A stretch of DNA of 64,000 nucleotides, taken from an uncultured Syntrophaceae bacterium. Lineage in GTDB: Bacteria > Desulfobacterota > Syntrophia > Syntrophales > UBA2192. Both the position numbers and the translations under genes were made by a program. The notes below the pieces were generated by a model. That model saw only the letters and a program-made list of their open reading frames with translations, had not been told where the DNA came from and made no database searches. The stretch spans positions 9,415 to 73,414 of the forward strand of contig CAZPCN010000004.1 in the NCBI GenBank assembly GCA_964585095.1, given 5' to 3'. Shown one piece after another: positions 9,786 through 20,001 of this stretch (positions are counted from its first letter, which is position 1; every line of letters begins with the position of its first letter).

Positions 9786-10727
9786 ATGAGCGACAATCCC
9801 ATCATCCCCGTCCGCACATCCCTGGAAAGGGTCAGGGGCCTGGCCGGTTTTTACATCCGCAGAAAGATCCTCGGCCGGGACCTGCCGCTCCTGGCCAGCT
9901 TCAAGCTCACCTACCAGTGTAATCTGAGATGCGCGCCCTGCCCCTATCACCGCCGCGACGATGCGGCCCGGGCCTCCATCGGCTGGGGTGCCGCGACGGC
10001 CGCCCTCGACGCCCTGCATCGCGCCGGGTGCCGGATCGTCGTCTTCGAGGGGGGAGAGCCCCTGCTCTGGCGCGACGGCGCGCGGAGCTTCGCCGATCTG
10101 GCGCTTTACGCCCGCGAACGGTTTCTCTGCACGGCGGCCACGACGAACGGCACCCTGCCCCTCGACGTGCCCGTCGACGTCCTGTGGGTGAGCCTGGACG
10201 GGACGCGGGAAACGCACGACCGCCTGCGGAGCGGCTCCTTCGACCGGGTGTGGGAGAATCTCCGGAAGCCACGGGCCTGCAAGCTGCTCGTCCACTGCAC
10301 GCTGAACCGGGAAAACTGGCGGGACCTGGGGGAGCTGCTGGACGCGCTGAAGCAGAGACCCGCGGTGCGGGGCATGACGCTGCAGCTCTTCTACCCCTAC
10401 GGACAGGGAGAGGACGACCTGGCGCTGTCCCCCTCGGAGAGGCGCGAGGCGATCGGCCTGGCGATCCGCCTCAAGGAGAGCGGCTACCCGATCGTTAACT
10501 CCCGGCGCACCCTCGAGAGGATGATCGCCAACGGGTGGACGTGCCGCGACCGACTGCTGGTCAACGTGGACCCCGACGGGTCGATCACCCAGGGCTGCTA
10601 CGTCCGCAGCCGCGGCGAGGTCCGCTGCAGCGACTGCGGGTTCACGCCCGTGGCCGAGCTTTCGGGCGCCTTCGATCTCGCCCCCGGCTCCATCCTGGCC
10701 GGCTGGAAGGCCTTTGTGAGCCCGTGA
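9786..10727 (+). CDS. Radical SAM protein with C-terminal Cys-rich (SPASM-like) region
   Basis: [10 protein letters not shown] is a CxxxCxxC motif. There is a GGEPLL motif. The C-terminal cysteines are [16 protein letters not shown]. Confidence 0.8.
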   Translation: MSDNPIIPVRTSLERVRGLAGFYIRRKILGRDLPLLASFKLTYQCNLRCAPCPYHRRDDAARASIGWGAATAALDALHRAGCRIVVFEGGEPLLWRDGARSFADLALYARERFLCTAATTNGTLPLDVPVDVLWVSLDGTRETHDRLRSGSFDRVWENLRKPRACKLLVHCTLNRENWRDLGELLDALKQRPAVRGMTLQLFYPYGQGEDDLALSPSERREAIGLAIRLKESGYPIVNSRRTLERMIANGWTCRDRLLVNVDPDGSITQGCYVRSRGEVRCSDCGFTPVAELSGAFDLAPGSILAGWKAFVSP

Positions 10728-10807
10728 TCTCAACGGCCTTTCGTGACCGATGAGAGGCTCTTTCGGGCTGTTCGAGAATGCCCGGGTGCAGGGCACCGTG
10801 AACAGAT

Positions 10808-10915
10808 GGAAGTCAGGAAGCTCTGAAGTGAGGAAGCTCGGAAACGCATACCGCTACTGCCGCCTTTCCGCCCATCCAAGTCTCATAACTTCTCAGCTTC
10901 GTAACTTCCTGTTCG
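10808..10915. repeat. Period-8 purine-rich arm (10808-10845) with pyrimidine-rich partner arm (10885-10915)
   Basis: GGAAGTCA GGAAGCTC TGAAGTGA GGAAGCTC GGAAAC ... ATAACTT CTCAGCTT CGTAACTT CCTGTTCG, in the convergent gap between the radical SAM gene and the protease gene. Confidence 0.6.
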
Positions 10916-10942
10916 TAAGGAATGCCCCCTGTGAACCGTGCA

Positions 10943-12076
10943 CTATCTCGGCGTTTCCATCTCCATCCGCAAGGCCAGCACCTCCATCAGGTCCTTCAGC
11001 GTGACGATCCCCGCGAGGCGGCCGTTCTCGACGACGAGGAGACGGCTGTTTCCCGTCTCGTTCATCACGCTCAGGGCGGCCATGGCTTCCGTGTCCGGCC
11101 CGATGACGGTCGCCGCGTCGCAGTCCGCGGCTACCTCCCCCACGGTCCGGCGGGGCCACTCGCCCCGGGGCACGTCCTTGAGCGACCGTACCGTGAGACA
11201 GCCGACCAGTTCCCCGCCCCGCACGACGGGGTAGATCTGGTGATGCGTCCGGTAGAGGTACTCTTCCACGAAGGTCTGCAGCGTGATATCCGGCGGGATG
11301 CTGACGGGGTCGCGGGTCATGAAGCGGCTCACCTCGATGCCCGAGAGGGCGTCTCGCGTGAGGACCTGCCGGTACGACGACCGGGCGGCGCCGCGCAGGA
11401 ACATGCCGATCATCGCCTGCCAGAGGCCCCCGATGAAGTTCCCCTCGATGATCTCCCAGAGCCCCAGCGCGATGAACACGATCCCGAAGGCCGAACCGAC
11501 CCGGGAGGAGATCATCGTGGCCCAGCGCAGGTCCTTCTTCCACAGCCACAGGACGGAGCGGAACACCCGGCCCCCGTCCAGGGGAAAGGCCGGCAGGAGG
11601 TTGAACAGGGCCAGGACGACATTCACCCAGACGAGGTAGAAGAGGACGCCGTTGATCGCCGCGGGCCAACCGGCCGACTCCCCCGCCTGGAGGAGGCCGT
11701 AGAATGCCGCCGCGATGAGCAGGCTGGAGACGGGGCCGATGATGGCCGTCAGGAACTCCGCCTTCGCGCTGGGCGGCTCCTCGCTCATCTCGGCCACCCC
11801 CCCGAAGATGAACAGGGTGATCCCCCTCATGGGGATGCCGAAACGGCGGGCCACGAGCGAGTGGCTCAGCTCGTGGAAGATGATGGACAGGAAGAGCCCC
11901 GCAGCGCCGGCCACACCCATCGCCCAGTAATTCGCCGCCGGCATGTCCTCGTAGTAGGCGGGGAAGATCCCCTTGGCAAGCGACCAGGTGATGAGAACGG
12001 CCAGCACGATCCAGCTCGAGTCGAGCTTGACCTCGAAACCCAGCAGCTTGAACAGCGTCACGCGATTTCCGAACAT
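10943..12076 (-). CDS. Site-2 protease family (M50) zinc metalloprotease with tandem CBS domains
   Basis: HELSH zinc motif, several TM helices, and a C-terminal CBS-pair-like region (VMTRDPVSIPPD..., VVENGRLAGIVTLKDL). Confidence 0.85.
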   Translation of the reverse strand: MFGNRVTLFKLLGFEVKLDSSWIVLAVLITWSLAKGIFPAYYEDMPAANYWAMGVAGAAGLFLSIIFHELSHSLVARRFGIPMRGITLFIFGGVAEMSEEPPSAKAEFLTAIIGPVSSLLIAAAFYGLLQAGESAGWPAAINGVLFYLVWVNVVLALFNLLPAFPLDGGRVFRSVLWLWKKDLRWATMISSRVGSAFGIVFIALGLWEIIEGNFIGGLWQAMIGMFLRGAARSSYRQVLTRDALSGIEVSRFMTRDPVSIPPDITLQTFVEEYLYRTHHQIYPVVRGGELVGCLTVRSLKDVPRGEWPRRTVGEVAADCDAATVIGPDTEAMAALSVMNETGNSRLLVVENGRLAGIVTLKDLMEVLALRMEMETPR

Positions 12077-12125
12077 TCCACTTCCTTTATCCCGGCCCCT
12101 GTACTTCGTCCCCTGAACCCTGGTC

Positions 12126-13631
12126 TTATGCCCTTCCGTATGTTTTCGTGAGCTCGAGCAGCCACCGCTCCAGGCGCCGGTCCGACTGCCCGGGGGGCAA
12201 GCGCCAGCGCCACCAGCCGCCCCTGCCCGCGGGTTTGTTCATCCGGGCATCCTCGCCCAGCCCCAGCACGTCCTGCATGGGGATGATCGCCGTCGACGCC
12301 ACGGACATCATCGCCAGGCGGATCATCGCCTCGTGGACACGAGCAGCCGGAACCCTGCGGCCCAGGTAGGCAAAGAGCTTTTCTTTTTCCTCCTTGCGCG
12401 CCTCTCGCTCGAACCAGCCGCGGGCGGTGTTGTTGTCGTGGGTGCCCGTGTAGACGAAATCCTTCTCGACGTGGCGGTGGGGGGCGTGATGCTCCGACCC
12501 GGCATCGGAGCCGAAGGCGAAGAGCAGGACCCGCATCCCGGGCAACCCGAGCCTGTCGAGAGCGTCGCGCACGTCCGGCGGGATGTCTCCCAGGTCCTCG
12601 GCCACGAGGGCGCCCTGCGGCGCCTCGCGCGTGACGGCGCGGAACAGCTCCGACGCGGGCGCCGGCACCCATTGCCCGCGCGCGGCAGTGCGGCTGCCGG
12701 CGGGCACCTCCCAGTAGGAGACAAGCCCCCGGCAGTGATCGATCCGGACGAGGTCGAAGAGCTTCAGGTTGTGGCGGATCCGTGCAACCCACCAGGCAAA
12801 CCGGCTCCTTCGGTGGGCGCCCCAGTCGTAGACGGGGTTGCCCCACAGCTGCCCCGTGCGGCTGAAGTAATCCGGCGGGACGCCGGCCACGAAGGCGGGC
12901 CCTCCCTCGGGATCCAGCTTGAAAAGGTTTGGGTTCCCCCACACGTCGGCGCTGTCGTGCTGGACATAGCAGGGCAGGTCCCCCATGACCCGTATGCCGC
13001 GGCCCTTGCAGTAGGCCCGGAGGTCGGCCCACTGCCTGAAGAAGACAAACTGCCTGAACTTCTCCTCCTCGATCAGGGGGGCGATTTCCCGGACGTGCCG
13101 CGCCAGGATCTTCAGCCTGCGGCTTCGAAACCCCTCCGGCCAGCAGTTCCAGGGCGTCTTCCCGAAAAGCGTCTTCAGGGCCCTGAACGTGGCATACTCG
13201 TCGAGCCAGTGCCTCTCGGACCGGCAGAAACCCTCGTAGTCGTACTGCAGACCTCCCGAGCAGGCCGAGAACCGCCGCCACGCCTCCGAAAGCAGGCTCT
13301 CCTTGAAGGCGGCGACAAGGCGGTAGTCGACGCGGCCTTCGGGGAACCGGGGCGCGCGGGACAGGTCCTGCTTTGTCAGCAACCCGTCTTCGACGAGCTT
13401 CTCGGGGCTCAAGAGCATGGGGTTTCCGGCAAAGGCGGACGAGCTGCTGTAAGGCGAGCTGCCCATGAGAAGGTCCGTCGGGGCCAGCGGGAGCATCTGC
13501 CAGATCGCCTGTCCGGACCGGTGCAGGAAATCGGCAAACCGGTAGGCCCCGGGCCCCAGGTCGCCGATGCCGAAGGGCGTCGGCAACGAGGTCACGTGCA
13601 GGAGGATCCCGCTCCGCCTCGTCGCTGTCAT
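12126..13631 (-). CDS. malQ: 4-alpha-glucanotransferase (amylomaltase)
   Basis: RRSGILLHVTSLPTPFGIGDLG, WQMLPL, YFSRTGQLWGNPVYDW and YTGTHDNNT are typical GH77 MalQ blocks. Confidence 0.9.
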   Translation of the reverse strand: MTATRRSGILLHVTSLPTPFGIGDLGPGAYRFADFLHRSGQAIWQMLPLAPTDLLMGSSPYSSSSAFAGNPMLLSPEKLVEDGLLTKQDLSRAPRFPEGRVDYRLVAAFKESLLSEAWRRFSACSGGLQYDYEGFCRSERHWLDEYATFRALKTLFGKTPWNCWPEGFRSRRLKILARHVREIAPLIEEEKFRQFVFFRQWADLRAYCKGRGIRVMGDLPCYVQHDSADVWGNPNLFKLDPEGGPAFVAGVPPDYFSRTGQLWGNPVYDWGAHRRSRFAWWVARIRHNLKLFDLVRIDHCRGLVSYWEVPAGSRTAARGQWVPAPASELFRAVTREAPQGALVAEDLGDIPPDVRDALDRLGLPGMRVLLFAFGSDAGSEHHAPHRHVEKDFVYTGTHDNNTARGWFEREARKEEKEKLFAYLGRRVPAARVHEAMIRLAMMSVASTAIIPMQDVLGLGEDARMNKPAGRGGWWRWRLPPGQSDRRLERWLLELTKTYGRA

Positions 13632-13634
13632 TCT

Positions 13635-14426
13635 TTAATGTGATTCCTCAGGGTTTTTCCCTCCGGCAAGCAGGCGGGAGAGTTTCAGGGCATCGCTCGC
13701 CGCATCGCCCTCCATCGTGTTGTCGAAGAAGACGTAGACGGCCCTCCCCTCCGAGAGCCATCCCAGGATCGCATCCGCCCGCTCCTTCAGAAACTTGACG
13801 GGGTACGCACCTCGGTAGGGTTCTTTCAGCGGTCCATGGAGTCGGATGTAGACGAAGTCCGCCGTCACCGTGTCGGGCGCGCGCAGCCCCGCGAAGTCAT
13901 AGATGCAGAACGCCATGCCGTACCGTTTCAACGTATCACAGGTCTGCGCCTGAAACCAGCTGGGATCGCGGAATTCGAAGACGTAGCGGAATCTTTTGTC
14001 CAACACCTCACAGAACGAGGCTAACACCTCTGCATTGAAGGTGAATTTCGCGGGAAGCTGAAGGAGGATCGGACCGAGCTTCGTTCCCAGAGAGCGAACC
14101 CGGTCCAGGAAGGGCCCGACCGTGTTCTCGGGCTCCCTGAGCCTCTTGATGTGGGTGATGTAGCGGCTCGCCTTGACGGCAAAGACGAAGCCTTCGGGGG
14201 TCAGGTCGCGCCACCGGGCCAGGGTCGATTCGAGGGGGAGGCGATAGAAGGTACTGTTGACTTCCAGGCTGCGGAACCGCGAGCCGTAGTGGGCCAGGAA
14301 TTCCCGGGCGGGCATTTTGGCCGGGTAGAACGAGCCCCGCCACGAGGGGTACGAGAAGCCCGACGTCCCGATGTAGAGGGAGTTTTTTGTAGCGCTTACC
14401 CCATGGCATCCTCGTATCCGCTGCAT
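13635..14426 (-). CDS. DUF72 (YecE-like) family protein
   Basis: YIGTSGFSYPSWRGSFYP...EVNSTFYRLP is the DUF72 N-terminal pattern. The exact start is uncertain. Confidence 0.8.
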   Translation of the reverse strand: MQRIRGCHGVSATKNSLYIGTSGFSYPSWRGSFYPAKMPAREFLAHYGSRFRSLEVNSTFYRLPLESTLARWRDLTPEGFVFAVKASRYITHIKRLREPENTVGPFLDRVRSLGTKLGPILLQLPAKFTFNAEVLASFCEVLDKRFRYVFEFRDPSWFQAQTCDTLKRYGMAFCIYDFAGLRAPDTVTADFVYIRLHGPLKEPYRGAYPVKFLKERADAILGWLSEGRAVYVFFDNTMEGDAASDALKLSRLLAGGKNPEESH

Positions 14427-14453
14427 CGGGCTATTCGCGTCCTTCGCCTCACA

Positions 14454-14564
14454 GAAGGTAAGAAGGTGAGAGGGTGAGAAGGTTGGAGAAGCTATTGGTA
14501 ACTTTACATAACTGTTTAGGGCCTTTCTTACCCTCTTACCCTCTTACCCTCTTACCCTCTTACC
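14454..14564. repeat. Period-8 purine-rich arm (14454-14492) and tandem CTTACCCT x4.5 pyrimidine arm (14525-14564)
   Basis: GAAGGTAA GAAGGTGA GAGGGTGA GAAGGTTG GAGAAGC ... TTCTTACCCT CTTACCCT CTTACCCT CTTACCCT CTTACC. The right arm supplies the last codons and the stop of the PhzF-like gene. Confidence 0.7.
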
Positions 14565-15349
14565 AGCTCCGCCCGCAGCACCGTCACCGCCTGTCCGCCG
14601 ATCAGGACGCGCTCCTTCTTCAGGCCTACGCGGAGGATCCCGCCCCGCACCGACACCTGCAGGGCCGAAAGGGACGCCTTGCCGAGCTTCGCCCCCCAGT
14701 AAGGCCCCAGGCAGCAGTGTGCCGACCCCGTCACCGGGTCTTCGTCGACGCCGACGGCGGGGGCGAAGAAGCGCGAGACGAAATCGAAGCCCTCGGAGCT
14801 GCTGCGGCTGGTCACAATGACCCCTCGCATGTCGATCTTTTTCAGGAGGGTCATGTCGGGGATGAGTCCTCGAACAATCCGCTCGTCGGCCACCTCGATG
14901 AGAACGTCGAAGCGGTTGCGTCCCGTGTACAGGGGCTCCACGCCGAGGGCCTCGAACAGTTCCGGAGGGGCAGCGGCCGGTTCTTCCGGCTCGGCGGGGA
15001 AGTCCATCTCGATCCAGTCGCCCCGCTTGACCGCGGAGAGGATGCCGCTGCGGGTGTGGAACCGCACGGTATCTCCCGCCGCCAGTTCCCCGGTCTCCCA
15101 GAGGATGTGGGCGCTCGCGAGGGTCGCGTGACCGCAGAGATCGACCTCGACGGCCGGGGTGAACCAGCGCAGAGTATAGCTTGCGGCGTCCCGCTTTTCC
15201 AGAAAGGCCGTTTCCGAGAGGTTCATCTCCCGGGCCACGTCCTGCCTCCAGCCGTCATCGCGCGGTCCGGGCAGCACGCACACGGCTGCGGGGTTTCCCG
15301 CGAAGGCCCGTTCCGTGAAGGCATCGACGACAAAGAGTTTCTGCCTCAT
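14552..15349 (-). CDS. PhzF-family isomerase-like protein
   Basis: MRQKLFVVDAFTERAFAGNPAAV...ETAF...CGHATLA...DPVTGSAHCCLGPYW is the PhzF/YddE pattern. The upstream extension in the ORF track was rejected. Confidence 0.85.
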   Translation of the reverse strand: MRQKLFVVDAFTERAFAGNPAAVCVLPGPRDDGWRQDVAREMNLSETAFLEKRDAASYTLRWFTPAVEVDLCGHATLASAHILWETGELAAGDTVRFHTRSGILSAVKRGDWIEMDFPAEPEEPAAAPPELFEALGVEPLYTGRNRFDVLIEVADERIVRGLIPDMTLLKKIDMRGVIVTSRSSSEGFDFVSRFFAPAVGVDEDPVTGSAHCCLGPYWGAKLGKASLSALQVSVRGGILRVGLKKERVLIGGQAVTVLRAELVRG

Positions 15350-15831
15350 CGACCGGGTCCCTTCCCGGGATCGCCGCCGGGCGCCTTCGCAGTCTCGGGT
15401 TTCAGGAGGACCTGCTTGATGTTGTTGCCCTCGTTGGCCTCCTCGACCTGCTCGGTGATGTCCATCCAGACCCGGACGGCCGTGGGCTCCGTGATCTTGA
15501 TGGGGCTCGTGTACGTCACGGTTCCGCCGGGGTTGCGCAGGACCCTGTGCGGGTCCGCGGACCAAAGGGTCGCGTAGTCCACGAACTGCACGCCGATCAT
15601 GATCACGAAACAGGCCGCGAAGGACTCCGTGGACCGGTAGGCGGTGTCAGGCAGGGTCCCCGGTCCCGCGTTGCGGATGTCCACGGCGATGTTGCCCGCC
15701 TGGTTCAGATAAATCCTGTCGACCACCAGGTCGGGTTTCGGGGCGGCACCCTGGGCCGATGCCCCAGCGGCAGTGCCCAGCAGGGCCGCGAGGACGATCA
15801 GCGTGATGACGAATCGGTTCAGGCGTAACAT
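15346..15831 (-). CDS. Secreted protein with CARDB-like domain
   Basis: Signal peptide (MLRLNRFVITLIVLAALLGTAAGASAQ). PDLVVDRIY...VDIRNAGPG and a C-terminal EANEGNN resemble CARDB. Its stop overlaps the PhzF-like start (ATGA). Confidence 0.5.
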   Translation of the reverse strand: MLRLNRFVITLIVLAALLGTAAGASAQGAAPKPDLVVDRIYLNQAGNIAVDIRNAGPGTLPDTAYRSTESFAACFVIMIGVQFVDYATLWSADPHRVLRNPGGTVTYTSPIKITEPTAVRVWMDITEQVEEANEGNNIKQVLLKPETAKAPGGDPGKGPGR

Positions 15832-15877
15832 GGGGTTTCCTCCGTTTCTTCTTACGTGTTCCGGTGCGGGCAGGCCG

Positions 15878-16717
15878 TCACAGGAGGTAGCTGTGCAGGC
15901 TGTCGAGGTAATTCACGCCCAGATACGTGAACAGCACCGAGGCAAAGCCCGCGATGGCCATGATCGCAACGCGTTTGCCCCTCCAGCCCCGCACGAGGCG
16001 GGCGTGGAGCAGGGCCGCGTAGATGAGCCACGTGATGAGCGACCAGGTCTCCTTCGGGTCCCAGCTCCAGTAGGACCCCCAGGCGAAATTCGCCCAGACC
16101 GATCCCGTGATGATCCCCAGCGACAGGAAAATGAAGCCCATGATCGTACTGTGGTAAATCAGTTCCTCGATGGTCCGCTCGTCGGGGAAATGCCCGCCGC
16201 CCTTACCGGGGTTCCCCGAACCGGAGACGAAGCGCCGGGCGAAGAACAGCACGCCCAGCCCGAAGGCAATCGTGAAGGCGCCGTACCCCATGAAGCAGGT
16301 CACCACGTGGCTCGTGAGCCAGTTGCTCTGCAGGGCGGGGATCAGGGGCTGGATCCGCGTCGCCTCGTCGGGGGAGAGGGACGCGTAGGCCATCGAGAGG
16401 AAGGCCACGGGCGTCACGAAAGGGCCGATGACCCGGTTCTTGATCCGCCACTCCGTGACGAGGTAGAGCAGCATGATCGCCCAGGAGAAGAAGATCATGG
16501 ATTCGTAGAAATTCGCCAGGGGCGCGTGGCCGAGTCCCATCTGGTAGGATTCCCACCAGCGCACGACGATGCCGATTGTGTGCAGGGCGAGGCCGGCGGA
16601 GGCCGTCCCCGTGGCGAGCTTCCCCCAGTATTCATCGTCGCGCAGCAGGCGAATCAGGTAGAAGGCCATGGCAAGAAGGTAGATGACCGTCGCCCAGCCG
16701 AGCATTTTCGTGTTCAT
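15878..16717 (-). CDS. ccsA: Cytochrome c biogenesis protein CcsA/ResC (System II)
   Basis: Polytopic membrane protein with the WGSYWSWDPKE tryptophan-rich heme-handling motif. Confidence 0.9.
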   Translation of the reverse strand: MNTKMLGWATVIYLLAMAFYLIRLLRDDEYWGKLATGTASAGLALHTIGIVVRWWESYQMGLGHAPLANFYESMIFFSWAIMLLYLVTEWRIKNRVIGPFVTPVAFLSMAYASLSPDEATRIQPLIPALQSNWLTSHVVTCFMGYGAFTIAFGLGVLFFARRFVSGSGNPGKGGGHFPDERTIEELIYHSTIMGFIFLSLGIITGSVWANFAWGSYWSWDPKETWSLITWLIYAALLHARLVRGWRGKRVAIMAIAGFASVLFTYLGVNYLDSLHSYLL

Positions 16718-18150
16718 GCGGTTTCACCCCTGTAGAGACGGACGATCCGTCCGATCTCCCGATCGAGCTTCACGGCGTCCCGGTTACAGCGCCCCGCGAC
16801 GGACAGGCGCGCCTTGCCGTGCCTGCGGTCCACGCGGACGAAAACCTGCCGGTGGGACGAGAAGAAGGTCAGCAGAAAGCCGGCCACCAGGAGAAACGCC
16901 CCCGCCCCGACGACCGGGACACCGGGATCGCGGTTGACCTTGAGACCCGTGTAGAAGGACGTCTCGATCCCCTCGAGGCCGAAGCGGTAGGGCTTGTAGA
17001 GGCCCGCGTTGAACTGCGGCACCTGGCTCGTGATGCCCGGGTTCTGCTCCTCGATGGCGTCGATGAATTTGAACACCCAGAAGGAAAGGGCCCTGTCGCC
17101 GGCCGTGATGCCGACCTTGACGGCCGGCCCCATCCTCATCAGGTTCCCCTCGATGCGGAGGATCTCCACGTGAGCCTTCCCTCCGTCGATGGCGAAGCGC
17201 TCCCCCTGCCGGGCCCGTTTGACGGCACGCTGTCCCTTCCCTTCGATCGAGAGGACTGCCTCGCCGGGGATTTGGCCGTAGGTGGACTGGTAGAAGCGGA
17301 TCCCCTCGAACTCGAGGGGGTGGTTGACCATCAGGACACCCCGGGCCCTGATCTCCCCGCCCTTCAGGAAGGACAGGTCGGACCGGTAGAGCTTGGGCAT
17401 GCCGCTGTCGTAGAACTCGACGTTGAAGTCGTCGCACCGCACGTCGAACCCCAGTTTCATCTCCCCCTTGCCGCCCCGCAGCTCGATGGCACCGGCCGCT
17501 CCCCCCTCGGGGATGTTCACGTGCCCGTCGAAACCGAGGATGGAGCCGATGACGGAGCCGACGATGATGACGAAAACGCCCGCGTGGATCACGTAGACCC
17601 CGAAGTAGGACCATGCGCCCCGGTGGGCCGAAAGCCATACGGTCTCGCCCTCCTGCTTTCGCTCGACGGGGCCGAGGGATTTTTTCAGGACCTGCTCCAT
17701 CCGGGCCGCGGCGTCCTCCACGCTTCCCTCCGCCGCGATGACGCGCTCCGGGGGCAGACCCTCGTAGAGGCCTGCGCGGTCGGGATCCGGTCTCCTCCTG
17801 TAGAGTCGAAGCGAAACGGGAAGGCGGTTCAGCGAGCAGACGACGAGGTTGGCCGTGAGCAACCCCATCAGGAGAAGGAACCACGGCGAGCGGTACAGGT
17901 CGGTGACCTGCAGGGCCTTGACGATCCCCGCCAGGGCCGGCGGGAGCTTCTGAAGGCTTTCGCTTGCCGCCTCCTGCTGGGGGATCACGGTCCCCACGAC
18001 GGCGGCAAGAGCGATGATGATCAGCAGGGCAAGGGTCAGCCTGACCGACGAAAAGAACGACCAGACCGGGTTTTTCGATTTCGTTTTTTCTTCCTGCAAA
18101 CGATTGTCTCCGCGTTTCTTAATATCTTCAGCATCCGGGTTGCGAGGCAT
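16714..18150 (-). CDS. resB: Cytochrome c biogenesis protein ResB/CcsB (System II)
   Basis: N-terminal FFSSVRLTLALLIIIALAAVVGTVIPQ is a ResB signature. It has a large periplasmic loop. It is translationally coupled to ccsA (4-nt overlap). Confidence 0.85.
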   Translation of the reverse strand: MPRNPDAEDIKKRGDNRLQEEKTKSKNPVWSFFSSVRLTLALLIIIALAAVVGTVIPQQEAASESLQKLPPALAGIVKALQVTDLYRSPWFLLLMGLLTANLVVCSLNRLPVSLRLYRRRPDPDRAGLYEGLPPERVIAAEGSVEDAAARMEQVLKKSLGPVERKQEGETVWLSAHRGAWSYFGVYVIHAGVFVIIVGSVIGSILGFDGHVNIPEGGAAGAIELRGGKGEMKLGFDVRCDDFNVEFYDSGMPKLYRSDLSFLKGGEIRARGVLMVNHPLEFEGIRFYQSTYGQIPGEAVLSIEGKGQRAVKRARQGERFAIDGGKAHVEILRIEGNLMRMGPAVKVGITAGDRALSFWVFKFIDAIEEQNPGITSQVPQFNAGLYKPYRFGLEGIETSFYTGLKVNRDPGVPVVGAGAFLLVAGFLLTFFSSHRQVFVRVDRRHGKARLSVAGRCNRDAVKLDREIGRIVRLYRGETA

Positions 18151-18158
18151 TCCTGTCT

Positions 18159-18187
18159 TTTCTTACCCTCTTATCCTCTTACCTTCC
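18159..18187. repeat. Solitary period-8 pyrimidine-rich arm
   Basis: TTCTTACCCT CTTATCCT CTTACCTT CC lies between the resB start and the ftsH stop. It uses the same word family as 14525-14564. Confidence 0.5.
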
Positions 18188-20001
18188 TAGGCTGCCGGCG
18201 CTTTGCCGTCCATCAAATCCCTCAGCTCCGAGCCCTCGATCTTCTCCCGCTGGAGCAGAAGCTTGGCCCCCCGGTCGAGGACGGCCCTCTTGCCGGCAAG
18301 AATGGATTTCGCAACCGCGTACTGGGCGTCGATGATGGCCCGGATCTCGCGGTCGATGAGCTCCGCCGTGGCCTCGCTGTAATCGCCGCCCTCGGGGGCC
18401 ATGGTGTCGAGAAAAGCCGTTCGCTTCTCCCGCGCAAAGTAGACCTGCCCCACCTCGGAACTCATCCCGTACTCCTTGACCATGCTGCGCGCGATCTCCG
18501 TGGCGCGGGCAAGGTCGTTGTGCGCCCCCGTGGAGATGTCGCCGAACACGGTCTCCTCGGAGGCACGGCCGCCGAGGAGCGTCGCGACCCGGTTCAGGAG
18601 CTCCGTCTTCTTCATGAGGAAGCGGTCCTCCGTCGGTGCCTGCATGGTGTAGCCCAGCGCCGCGATGCCGCGCGGGATGATCGAGATCTTCTGCACCGGG
18701 TCCGTTCCGGGCAGCGACAAGGCGACGATGGCGTGTCCGAGTTCGTGGTAGGCCACGATCTCCCGCTCCTGGGGGTTGATGAGACGGTTCTTTTTTTCGA
18801 GGCCGGCCACGACCCGCTCGATGGCCTCCACGAACTCCGTCATCCCCACCTCCTCCTTTTCGTGCCGGACGGCGAGCAGGGCGGCCTCGTTGATGAGATT
18901 TGCCAGGTCGGCGCCCACCATGCCCGGCGTCATGCCCGCGATTTTCTCCAAGTCGACGTCGGTGCCGAGTTTCACGTTGCGGACGTGCACCTTCAGGATG
19001 TCCTCCCTGCCCTTCTTGTCCGGCCGGTCGACGAGAACGTGCCGGTCGAACCGCCCCGCCCGGAGCAGGGCCGGGTCGAGGATCTCGGGCCGGTTTGTCG
19101 CGGCCATCAGGATGACCCCCGCGTTGGCGTCGAAGCCGTCCATCTCGGTCAGCAGCTGGTTCAGGGTCTGCTCGCGCTCGTCGTGGCCGCCGCCCGGCAT
19201 GGCGAACCCGCGCGCCTTACCGAGCGCGTCGAGCTCGTCGATGAAGATGATGCAGGGGGCCTTCTGCTTGGCCTGCTCGAACAGGTCGCGCACCCGCGCC
19301 GCGCCGAGGCCGACGAACATCTCGACGAATTCGGAGCCGCTGAGGCTGAAGAAGGGAACGGCGCTCTCTCCGGCTACGGCCTTGGCGAGCAGCGTCTTTC
19401 CCGTCCCGGGGGGCCCCACGAGAAGGATGCCCTTGGGGATGCGGCCGCCGAGTCCCGTGAACTTCTTCGGGTACTTGAGGAACTCGATGACTTCCTGAAG
19501 CTCCTGCTTCGCCTCGTCTACGCCGGCCACGTCCTTGAAGGTGATCTTGATCTCGTTCTCCATGTAGATCTTGGCCTTGCTCTTCCCCAGCGTCATGAAG
19601 CCGGCCTGCTGCCCGCCCATGCGCTTCATGAGGAGGTACCAGATGCCGAAGAAGATCACGATCGGGAAGACCCACGAGAACAGGTCGCGCAGGAACGTGC
19701 TCTCCACTTCCCCCTTGAAGGTCACCTGGTACTTGTCGAGCAGCTCCGAGAGGTCCTGGTCCACCCGGTTGGTCCGGAAGGGCTGCGTCTCGCCGGGCTT
19801 GCCTTCCACCTTCATCTTCCCCTCGATGCGGTTGGCCGAGATGGCCACCTCGGTGACCTTGCCCTCCTTGAGCAGCTTCAGGAACTGGCTGTAGGGCACC
19901 ACTTGCGAGCTCATCATGGAGGCGAGGTAGCTCTGGATGAGCAGGACCGCCCACACCGCCAGAAGGATGTAGAACAGGGAAAATTTGTGCTCCTTTTTCA
20001 T
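18187..20001 (-). CDS. ftsH: ATP-dependent zinc metalloprotease FtsH
   Basis: N-terminal TM, Walker [14 protein letters not shown], Walker [13 protein letters not shown] region, and HELGHA zinc site. Confidence 0.95.
   Translation of the reverse strand: MKKEHKFSLFYILLAVWAVLLIQSYLASMMSSQVVPYSQFLKLLKEGKVTEVAISANRIEGKMKVEGKPGETQPFRTNRVDQDLSELLDKYQVTFKGEVESTFLRDLFSWVFPIVIFFGIWYLLMKRMGGQQAGFMTLGKSKAKIYMENEIKITFKDVAGVDEAKQELQEVIEFLKYPKKFTGLGGRIPKGILLVGPPGTGKTLLAKAVAGESAVPFFSLSGSEFVEMFVGLGAARVRDLFEQAKQKAPCIIFIDELDALGKARGFAMPGGGHDEREQTLNQLLTEMDGFDANAGVILMAATNRPEILDPALLRAGRFDRHVLVDRPDKKGREDILKVHVRNVKLGTDVDLEKIAGMTPGMVGADLANLINEAALLAVRHEKEEVGMTEFVEAIERVVAGLEKKNRLINPQEREIVAYHELGHAIVALSLPGTDPVQKISIIPRGIAALGYTMQAPTEDRFLMKKTELLNRVATLLGGRASEETVFGDISTGAHNDLARATEIARSMVKEYGMSSEVGQVYFAREKRTAFLDTMAPEGGDYSEATAELIDREIRAIIDAQYAVAKSILAGKRAVLDRGAKLLLQREKIEGSELRDLMDGKAPAA

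Noticed and set aside
14454-14564. Short-period repeats (here and at the other listed loci) as a possible CRISPR array
   Set aside because: The periods are 7-9 nt, there are no unique spacers of about 30 nt, and no cas genes are in the window. These are micro-repeat arms, not CRISPR.
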